Shown piece after piece: positions 19,297 through 27,700 of a stretch of 32,000 nt of DNA (position 1 is the stretch's first letter; the number at the start of each line of letters is the position of its first letter). Under the pieces are notes generated by a model. The model was not told the DNA's origin and did no database searches. It was given only the letters and a program-made list of their open reading frames with translations. The translations under genes were made by a program, and so were the position numbers. This DNA is from Trichodesmium erythraeum IMS101 (lineage in GTDB: Bacteria > Cyanobacteriota > Cyanobacteriia > Cyanobacteriales > Microcoleaceae): assembly GCF_000014265.1 (NCBI RefSeq), contig NC_008312.1:5730001-5762000 (forward strand), read 5' to 3'.

Positions 19297-19742
19297 GTTT
19301 GAAGATATGTGGAAGTTACTGCTCGACGAACTCAAATGAATTATGCTCATCGAACTGGAAATATTTAGTCGATGAGAATTTGTCTCAAGCTCAGAAGATT
19401 AAAGTTGTTTAAGATAACTTCAATACTCATGTGAAGGTATCTCTCTACAAAGCATTTATCCCATCTGAAACCTGTAGGATTTTAAACTTGTTGAAATTTT
19501 ATTATACTCCCAAACATGGCAGTTGGTTGAAGATGAAAGAAATAGAGTTAAGTGCATATTACCGATAATGCTTAGGGGGAAGAATTTATTCTCCAGAAGT
19601 TTTCAAAGAGGAAGTGACAGCTTGGGAAAATTGAAGAAATGAAAGGGCTTCGGTGGTAGATTGGTAATTTATCTCCAAGGAGGCTCAGGTTAAATTGAAG
19701 CAGTTATATCTGTCAATTACTTTTGACAGACCAATAGCCTAG
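19297..19742 (+). pseudogene. IS630-family transposase, C-terminal fragment (third lineage)
   Basis: Single frame: ..NWKYLVDENLSQAQKIKVV*DNFNTHVKVSLYKAFIPSETCRILNLLKFYYTPKHGSWLKMKEIELSAYYR*CLGGRIYSPEVFKEEVTAWEN*RNERASVVDW*FISKEAQVKLKQLY.. with four in-frame stops. There is no N-terminal half. Confidence 0.6.
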
Positions 19743-19798
19743 CTGAAGTAATAACAATTTGTTCAATTGAAAATCATAGTTAGTATTAAATAGGACTT

Positions 19799-20809
19799 AT
19801 GCTAAAAACATTATTTAGCTGGTGTAAAAATTTTCCAGTATTGAAGAAAATATCAGTTTTTTATAGTGTAACTTTAGTTGGTTTCAACTTTTGGGTAACT
19901 CCAGCTATAGGAGATCCATTTCGTAAAATAAATCCTATTGAAATAGGAGAAAAAACCGAAGCAGCTTTTGAAGCTATGTTTGAAGAAGGAAATTATAAAG
20001 AAGCAAGAGACTATCTTAAAATAGCTGAATGTGAAGAGATAGGTGAGCCTCTTATTTATGCTATGATTTCTTCCTTGCATTACTTAGATAAAAATTGGGA
20101 TTCACTAAAATTATATGCTCAAAAAACTACTGAGGTAGCAGAAAATTTAATTGCAATTGATCCAGTTCGTGGTAATATTTATGCTGCAACAGGTTACTTT
20201 CTAGAAGGTGCTTATATTATATCTACTGAAGGTACATTAAAGGGAGCCCCAAAAGCTTTAGAAAAACTTAGAAAAGTTTTGAGTCATTTTGAGTCAGCAG
20301 AAAGAATAAATTCATCGGACCCAGAGTTAAATTTGCTCAAGGGATATATGGATTTAATGTTAGCAGTAAATTTGCCATTTTCTGACATTAGTAAAGCAAT
20401 AGAAATATTAGAAAATAAAGCTTATCCTCATCATTTAGCTTATCGGGGATTGGCAGTAGCTCATCGAGATTTAGATGATTTCAAAAAAGCTCTACAATAT
20501 GTAGATAAAGCTTTGTCAGAAGTTCCAGAAAATCCAGAGGTACATTACCTAAAAGCACAAATTTTAGTTGCTCAGGCTCGGGAGAAAGATAACAATTTAT
20601 CTCTTAGAAAAAAAGCTAAAAAAAACTTTGATAAAGCTTTGGCAAAGTCAGAACAAATGCCGAGACGTTTGGTAGCACAAATATTTTTTGAACAATGTAA
20701 AAATATTAATAATATAGATGATAGAAAACGAAGTTGTGACTCAATGCGAGATATAATTAGAGATGGTTCAGGTACATGGGGGCCTCAAGAGTTACCAGCT
20801 CTTCGCTAA
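19799..20809 (+). CDS. Secreted/periplasmic TPR-like helical-repeat protein (conserved cyanobacterial hypothetical)
   Basis: 336-aa ORF with an N-terminal hydrophobic signal-like segment (ISVFYSVTLVGFNFWVTPAIG), followed by helical Ala/Leu/Lys-rich repeats with TPR-like spacing (..AYRGLAVAHRDLDDFKKALQYVDKALS..). Confidence 0.6.
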   Translation: MLKTLFSWCKNFPVLKKISVFYSVTLVGFNFWVTPAIGDPFRKINPIEIGEKTEAAFEAMFEEGNYKEARDYLKIAECEEIGEPLIYAMISSLHYLDKNWDSLKLYAQKTTEVAENLIAIDPVRGNIYAATGYFLEGAYIISTEGTLKGAPKALEKLRKVLSHFESAERINSSDPELNLLKGYMDLMLAVNLPFSDISKAIEILENKAYPHHLAYRGLAVAHRDLDDFKKALQYVDKALSEVPENPEVHYLKAQILVAQAREKDNNLSLRKKAKKNFDKALAKSEQMPRRLVAQIFFEQCKNINNIDDRKRSCDSMRDIIRDGSGTWGPQELPALR

Positions 20810-21286
20810 TTCTAAATTTAATTAAAATTAATTTATCATAAATTTTTATACTGGTGAGCTAGACATCTCCAGTTTTTAGGAAACAGAAAATAGAGAATAG
20901 GAGAAACAAAATAATAAAAATAAATTTATACTCAAAAAATGAGTAAGTTTATATCTTAACTCAATAGTTTGTAGCTAGAAAGTTTGATTTATATTGGTCA
21001 GGTTTCTGTTTTTTTATACGTCTATCTATGGAAGTATAAACAAATTTTGGCTAATTACTTTGTAAGTTTAATACAGGAGTTATAGTAAATTGTCTGAAAA
21101 ACTTTAGAGTTTAATTGCAGACTTAAAAAACTATTTAAAAATCTAGTTTTCTCTATTTCATAAATCACTGAATTATCTGTAAAATTTATAGAAAATTTTA
21201 TATAAGTTAAGTACAATATTATCAGAAAAAATGTCGGTAGGATAGAGTTGTCTCTATTAATTAGGAAATTTATTTGTTAAATATTT

Positions 21287-21739
21287 ATGGAAGTACAATT
21301 TCGGGAATTTAATCCTTTTGATGTGTGGATTTGGTTAGAGTTTAGTACTGTTCCTTCTATGGCAGAAAAACATTACATAGAAGAACTATTTGATTCATGG
21401 TTTTTATTAGGTAAATTGGGTGGTTTTAATGCTGAAAATTTACAAGTTCAAGAGGTAGGAATAGAGATTAGTTATATGGAATATAGTTATAATGTTGCTA
21501 GTCAAAGTATGATGGCTGTTATGCACAATATGGGAGATGTAGAATATGAAGGATTATGGGGTCGTTGTTGGTTTGACTTGGGAACTAGCGATGCTTTAGC
21601 AATTGATATTTTGGTGAATAGTTTTCAACAGTTAAGTAAAGAGTTGGTCAAGATAGAAAAACTGATTATTGGTGGTCAAAATGAAGATTGGCTAGTACCA
21701 GAAAATAATTATGAAAAGGGCTGGTTTGATGAAAATTAA
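21287..21739 (+). CDS. Conserved cyanobacterial/plastid-lineage hypothetical protein (DUF3531-like, from memory)
   Basis: 150-aa ORF. FREFNPFDVWIWLEF...EELFDSWFLLGKLGGFNAENLQ. The family name is recalled, not verified. Confidence 0.55.
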   Translation: MEVQFREFNPFDVWIWLEFSTVPSMAEKHYIEELFDSWFLLGKLGGFNAENLQVQEVGIEISYMEYSYNVASQSMMAVMHNMGDVEYEGLWGRCWFDLGTSDALAIDILVNSFQQLSKELVKIEKLIIGGQNEDWLVPENNYEKGWFDEN

Positions 21740-21772
21740 TTGTATTGTCTCTTTTATTTATATGATAAAATT

Positions 21773-22204
21773 ATGAGTAAAAAGAATAAAATTAGGGTGC
21801 TAGCTTTGGGGTTAATTAGGGATGGTGATCGCTTGTTTATTTCTCAAGGTTATGATTCTATAAAACAGGAAACTTTTTATCGGGTTATGGGTGGAGGTGT
21901 TGATTTTGGAGAATATAGTCGCGATGCTTTACAAAGAGAGTTTAAAGAAGAGATTGAAGCTGAGTTGACTAATATTAAATATTTGGGTTGTATGGAAAAT
22001 ATTTTTATGTTTGATGGAGAGGAAAGACATGAATTAATTCAATTATATAAGTGTGATTTTGCTGACTTTAAGTTTTATCAAATAGAGGAGTTAACTTTTT
22101 GGGAAAAGGAACGAAAAAAAAAGGCGCTCTGGGTTTCAATAGATAGATTTAAATCGAGAGAGTTGAAAATAGTTCCAGAAAATTTTTTAGAATACTGCGA
22201 TTAG
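21773..22204 (+). CDS. NUDIX hydrolase
   Basis: Nudix box GGGVDFGEYSRDALQREFKEEIEAEL (Gx5Ex7REUxEExxU). I prefer ATG 21773 (MSKKNKIRVL..) over the TTG at 21740 given in the ORF track. Confidence 0.7.
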   Translation: MSKKNKIRVLALGLIRDGDRLFISQGYDSIKQETFYRVMGGGVDFGEYSRDALQREFKEEIEAELTNIKYLGCMENIFMFDGEERHELIQLYKCDFADFKFYQIEELTFWEKERKKKALWVSIDRFKSRELKIVPENFLEYCD

Positions 22205-22207
22205 AAT

Positions 22208-22822
22208 ATGAATCAAAATTTACAAGATAAAAACACTTTTCAACAGAATAATAAATCTCAAAATTATAGCGAATTAAGTCAAGTAACAAACTATTACTCA
22301 GAGTTAAGTAAATATGAACAAGATGATGTTGATACTATTAATAAGTTAGCGGAGACTTATTATAATAAAAGAAATTTTACATCAGCGATCGCTCTTTGTC
22401 ACAAAGCATTAAAAAAACAAGCAAATTTTGCTCCAGTCTACAAAACTTTGGGAAATATTCTACAAGCACAAAATAAAATAGATGCTGCTATTCGTGCTTA
22501 TTCATTAGCCATAAAAATTAATCCAAATTTTATTGAAGCTATTGTCAATTTAGCCAGTATGTTTTATAAGAAAGGGCAAATTGATGCAGCAATGATTAAT
22601 TATAGAAAAGCAATTAAAATAAAACCTGATTTCGGGGTAGCTTATTGGAATTTAGGGAAGGTTTTAGAGCAAGAGGGCAGATTTTATGAGGCATTTTTTT
22701 TTCAAGAAAAAGCTTTAAAACTCCAGCCAAGTTTAGTTGATAATACTCAAAATAATCATCAAGATAGTCATTTTCAAAAGTGGAATAATTTAGAAGGTAA
22801 AATAGGTGGTGGTACATTTTAA
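22208..22822 (+). CDS. TPR-repeat protein
   Basis: 204-aa ORF starting 3 nt after the NUDIX stop. It has four consecutive 34-aa TPR units (..AETYYNKRNFTSAIALCHKALKKQANFAPVYKTLGNILQAQNKIDAAIRAYSLAIKINPNF..). Confidence 0.75.
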   Translation: MNQNLQDKNTFQQNNKSQNYSELSQVTNYYSELSKYEQDDVDTINKLAETYYNKRNFTSAIALCHKALKKQANFAPVYKTLGNILQAQNKIDAAIRAYSLAIKINPNFIEAIVNLASMFYKKGQIDAAMINYRKAIKIKPDFGVAYWNLGKVLEQEGRFYEAFFFQEKALKLQPSLVDNTQNNHQDSHFQKWNNLEGKIGGGTF

Positions 22823-22993
22823 TGGAAGTCTATTATAATTATTTTGCTCAAGAACAAAGGAAGTATCCTTTGCGGTAGTGTTGTTCATCAATATCTAGCA
22901 TTTTGCGAGTAGGAGAGCCGAATAGGTTTTCTTAGAAATTTGAAGGACTCATAATTGAATTACTCTTACTCTTTTTCTTTCTTCCTTAGTTTT

Positions 22994-23275
22994 ATGAAAT
23001 CAGAAGAACAACAGCATCCTCAATATCATAAAGATAGAGAAATAGTTAATACCCTATTAGCAGAAGAAAATACTTCTTATAACTTAGCAGAATTAGCAAG
23101 ATTAAAAATTCGTTATCAAGGTTTTCCTGGAGCAAAAGATATTCAGAAAGATCTAGAGGAAGTATTAGCAAAGTGGAAAATAACTGAAGAAAAACTTTAT
23201 GAAAAAACTCGTGATATTCATCGGAAAGGTAAGGCATATAAACAGAAAAATACTGACAAAGAAGATTGGCTTTAG
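22994..23275 (+). CDS. Small conserved cyanobacterial protein (DUF3288-like, from memory)
   Basis: MKSEEQQHPQYHKDREIVNTLLAEENTSYNLAELARLKIRYQGFPGAKDIQKDLEEVLAKWKITEE... I prefer the internal ATG 22994 over 22955, which would add a Ser/Phe-rich leader. Confidence 0.55.
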   Translation: MKSEEQQHPQYHKDREIVNTLLAEENTSYNLAELARLKIRYQGFPGAKDIQKDLEEVLAKWKITEEKLYEKTRDIHRKGKAYKQKNTDKEDWL

Positions 23276-23276
23276 G

Positions 23277-23304
23277 TCAGCTATCAGCTATCAGCTATCA
23301 GCTT
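23277..23304. repeat. Heptamer tandem repeat (TCAGCTA)x4, STRR-like
   Basis: tcagcta tcagcta tcagcta tcagctt, starting 2 nt after the stop codon at 23273-23275. A related cagctattagctgtcagctttcag followed by T9 lies at 16403-16435, after the 15694-16383 gene. Confidence 0.85.
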
Positions 23305-23836
23305 AAAATAGATTTTTTTGATTTTTAAAAATTTAAAATTATCAAAATTTTACTCTATCTTACTAGATAGTATTTTTAGTATTTTAAGACTGAAAAAAAC
23401 TATAAATTCTGACTGAATTTTGGTTTTAGTCTTTTTTTTCTTAATTCCCAAAAATTCTAATAACTATAGCAATATACAAATAGAGTAGAAACATTTATAT
23501 AGCATTTTTCAAGGAACAGTCAGTACAGTTTTTTTATTCTTTTTTCTACCCTATTTTCCTTATTTTACTTGCTTACTATTCTTTAAGGGATGTTGCATAC
23601 AGCTTCCCTACTAAAACAAATAAATTTTGTACCTTAACAGTGTGGAAACTGCTATATAGTAAAGTGTGCTTGTATATTTACAATTTTTGTTATAAAGACT
23701 TACTTTAGAGGGTTTAAACTGTCTTTAGAGAATTTGAACCAATATGCCAGATATCACTGCTATAAATACTCATACTTATAGCAGCGACTTCTAACTTCTG
23801 ACTTACGTGTCGCTCTATATTTTTGATTTGAGCAGA

Positions 23837-23892
23837 CCTGAAGATTTATTTTTGTAGATACCTTCCTGAAGATTTATTTTTATAGATACCTT
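23837..23892. repeat. 28-bp tandem duplication
   Basis: cctgaagatttatttttgtagatacctt and cctgaagatttatttttatagatacctt. Confidence 0.9.
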
Positions 23893-23899
23893 CTTATCA

Positions 23900-24600
23900 A
23901 TTCTATTTTTTTCTATAAATATGAAACTTTTGGCTATTATGTATAGTTTCAAAAATGAATCTAGCTTGTTCCATAGTTTCTTCTTTTTTCCATTGTTTAA
24001 TGTAATTCAATTTCAGTTTTTGTTGAGCTAATATTTCCCAATTTTTTTTGCGCTAATATTTCTCAATTTTTATTGAAAAAATAATTTTTATCAATGGATT
24101 TAATGTCGTCATTTTTCCCAATTTTTTATATCTTCTGAGAGTAAAGAATTCTTGTAGCTAGATTTTGTTGATAATTTTTATGTTCTTCTTGAATACTTAA
24201 TAGTAATAAACCGTTTTTATACAGGTGTTTAGCAATATTAATAATCTCTTAATCTCCTCATCAATATCCTTTGTATGACTTCCTAAGTCTATCTGATCGT
24301 CTTGTTTGTTTATTTACCAAACCCCTCCATTATAAATAGCAATATCAAAAGTTTCTTGGAGATCCATATCATAGACATCTGCTTCTACTAATTTTCCCTA
24401 TTTTCCTAATCTCTTTTTATCAATGTCAAGCATTGATGAGGTAGTATTTACTCCCATAAATTCAACCTTGGGAGTAAGTAATCTTAATTTTTCTGTTAAT
24501 AGCCCTATTCCTTTCTTACACCTAATTAAACTATTTTTTTCGAGGCACCTTTCATCCAAGGATAGACTTCTTTGGGAAGTTTTTAATAACCATAATAGCT
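23900..24600 (-). pseudogene. Class I SAM-dependent methyltransferase, decayed
   Basis: The minus strand reads ..LDERCLEKNSLIRCKKGIGLLTEKLRLLTPKVEFMGVNTTSSMLDIDKKRLGK*GKLVEADVYDMDLQETFDIAIYNGGVW*.. and, in another frame, ..IAKHLYKNGLLLLSIQEE... Motif I is degraded. It has several stops and frameshifts and a 25-bp internal duplication near 24027-24075. Confidence 0.5.
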
Positions 24601-24716
24601 TTGTATAATCAAAAGAAATAATCAGTAATACCAGTACATTATACTCATAGTTAATTTTCTACTACAATTAGTATGTTAGTTAACCATACCAGAATAATAT
24701 AATTGCAAAAAAAACA

Positions 24717-27700
24717 TCAGTTTCCAATAAACTTTTGATAGTCTGAAAGTAACCATTGAGGTAACTTAGTTGCATCCTCAATTCGTAATTGTTCTGGACG
24801 ACAATATAAAATTGCGGCTAGTAAATAATTTATAGCTTTCGGCGCTTCTATTCCTTGAGAAAGTTGGGTAGCTAACTGTTGTAAAAATTCCTGTTCACTT
24901 TCTATTAAAGATTGATTTTGAATCTCACTATTAAGTAATGCTTGATAAGCTTTACCCATCTCACCTAAGTAAAAATTTTCTAGCTTTTGTGGTTCTAAAT
25001 TTATCCAAAAATCAGCCATTTGTTTACGAAGTTGACGCAACTCTTTAACAACAGACTCATCAGAAGGATCTATATAATAAAGATTCACATTACCTAATAA
25101 TTGATTTAGAAACTTAGAGATGACAAAATCTAAATTATCTGCCTTATTTTCTGTTAAAAATATATTCTTTTCAGTTTGAACTTCAGCAATTTTTATGGGT
25201 TTGCTTACTAAATCTCTACTAATAGAATCTTCTGAAAAATGAGGTAACTTAGTTTGAAAATCTTTTTCCAATTTCTGTACAACTTCTCTACTTTCAAATA
25301 CCTGTTGATAATCATTAATCAACCATTCTGGCAAACGATTTTTAGCATCTCTGACTAACATTTTACCTGGTAAAAAATATAGCATTCCTCCTAAAAGTGC
25401 ATTAATTGATTTAGAATTAGTTAAACCCATACTTATATCAGTTAATTCTTTGATAAATTTCTCTTCTTTTTCTGTTTGAGGTTCGTTTTGAATTCCACTT
25501 GATAATAAACTTAGATATGCTTGTCGAACTTTACCTTGATAAATAATCTCTAATTTTTGGGGATTTGTATCTAACCAAAAATTAGCTATTTGTTTACGAA
25601 TTTGACGTAATTCTTCGATTAAAGATTGGTCATTTGGGTCAATTTTGTAGAGGTTGACACAACCAACTAAACGATTAATAAATTCAGAAGTTAGAGAATT
25701 ATTATCTTGAGATTCTATAGTTTTTGGTGCATGAATATTTTGCCATTTTTGGAATAATTCTTGGAACAATTTACCTATCTCTGCAGAATAACTACGACTG
25801 TCTAAAAATGCCGGGTTTTGCTGCATTTTTTCCTTAATTTCTTGCCGTTTTTGTTGTCGCCACTCGGAATTAGTTGCCAATTTTACTGCCAAATTAATAT
25901 AACTCTCTTCTCCATCAGCAATAAGATCCTCTATATTAATTTCCCGCAACAAAGCGGGCCCTTGCCTAAACCTTAAGGCATTTCCTTCCACAACAACTGG
26001 TGGTAGTCCTAGCATTAAGGGATCTAGTAGAGAAGTTGCCCCACCGTAAGGGAAAGAGTCTAAATAAATATCTGCTAACTCTAAGCATTTTTTAATATCT
26101 GATTTGCTCGGTAGTGGTTTAATGACAACCAAGCGCTTACTATGAATACCATGTCGTTCTAAAGTACCTCGCATCTGTTGGATAAAAGATCCAACTGGAT
26201 AAGAATTTGTCCAATTGGGGTTAAAAGGATACAAAACTAAAATCGAATTGGGCACGGCACGGAGAATTTTGGCCCAAGTCTCCCGTATCTCGGGTATAAT
26301 TTTGTAGAAATTGGCACCTGAAATAAAAATGGTAGTTTCGTTTGTTGCCCCCCAACTGGAGCGGAGGGGTTGCACTACTGGAAGAGTTTCGGCGATGGGA
26401 TCTTGGAAACATAGTCCGGAACCTTCTAGGTTGACCAATTTTTCTGTATAGTGTTCCTTGGTCATTTCTGTTGGGGCGGTTAATTTGCCAGAAATGTAAT
26501 AGTCTATAGATGCCATCCCGGTAGTAGTGGGAGAATTAATGGATGTTACTTGAACTCTTGCTAATCGGTGAGTTGCTAGTAAGGTAGAATTTTTGATAGT
26601 AGCAGTAATATTAGAACCGAAGAACAAAATATCGAGATTGTCATCACGAATGGTTTGTACTTGATTTTTTAGTTCATTTGGTAGTTGCAGGAATTTATCA
26701 GCACGACTTTGGCAATATTGTTCTAAGGGGTGTCCGTTAGATTTTATTGCATAAAGAAATATCTCAAATTTACTCCGATCTAAATGTTCAAATACTGGGA
26801 GTAAAGAGTATGTTTCTGTTTGAGGAGTATAGTGATCTTTGATAATTCCTAAGCGAATTTTTGAGCGGTTAAATTGATAAGGAGGCATAGTATAATTTAG
26901 CTCTAACCCAAGTTTTTTTAGAGCAAATTCAATAATTTCTGCCCGTTTGATGTAGAGATTTTTTAAATTTGGCCGAGTCGTAAAATATAGAGGTATCCAA
27001 TTAGCATTTTCGACAAAAATCCTAGCGATCGCTTGCCATAATTCCGACTCTGAATTAATCGATATGTTATTATGAACATAACTCAACCATCCAGTCATAA
27101 AATGATAGTAATTATCTGTTTCTCCTATTTCCTGGAAAACCTGAGGAGAAGCAAACATAAAATTTAAATAGTCTATAGCAAACCATTTAGGAATTGGAGC
27201 TTTCTCATATTTAACTTCCAGTTGATCTGCTCTTTGATAAAGCATACCTGCCAAAAGATACTTAATGTCTAAAGGTTCCTTAAATCCTTTAACAATATTA
27301 GCTTTTATTTGAGTGACAATTTTTTTCTCAGTTTCGGTTAAGCTTTCATCTGTAATACTGCTTGTTAATAAGGCTTTATGTATTTGACAAAAATCTCCTA
27401 AATAAGCAATTTTTAGATTTTCTAAGGTATCTATACTTAACCAAAAATATGCAATTTTTTTTCTTATTTCCTGCAACTTAACTAAAGCAGATTTATCCAA
27501 CTGGTTTTGTTTGTAAAGCTCAATCTCTTTGTTGATTTCTGCCAGAGAAGGTAATAAATTAGTTTCAACTTTATGTGGGGTTTTTTTTGATTCTATTAAC
27601 TGAGGTTCTAAAGATAGTAGATGCTGACTTGTTGCTTGAATTAAAGAAGTTTCAGCCTCCGTTTCTGCATTAATCAAAATAGAAACCAATAAATTAATTA

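Noticed and set aside
20860-20870. tagacatctcc, an 11-nt match to the IS5-type terminal inverted repeat
   Set aside because: There is no partner repeat nearby and no similarity beyond 11 nt. It may be a solo-end relic or chance, and the evidence is insufficient.
14097-26412. Track ORFs 14097..14318(-), 18841..19113(-), 19874..20080(-), 22614..22817(-), 23046..23237(-), 26221..26412(-), 24423..24608(+)
   Set aside because: Each overlaps a better-supported gene or pseudogene, either on the opposite strand or (18841..19113, 26221..26412) out of frame on the same strand. None has family-like motifs.
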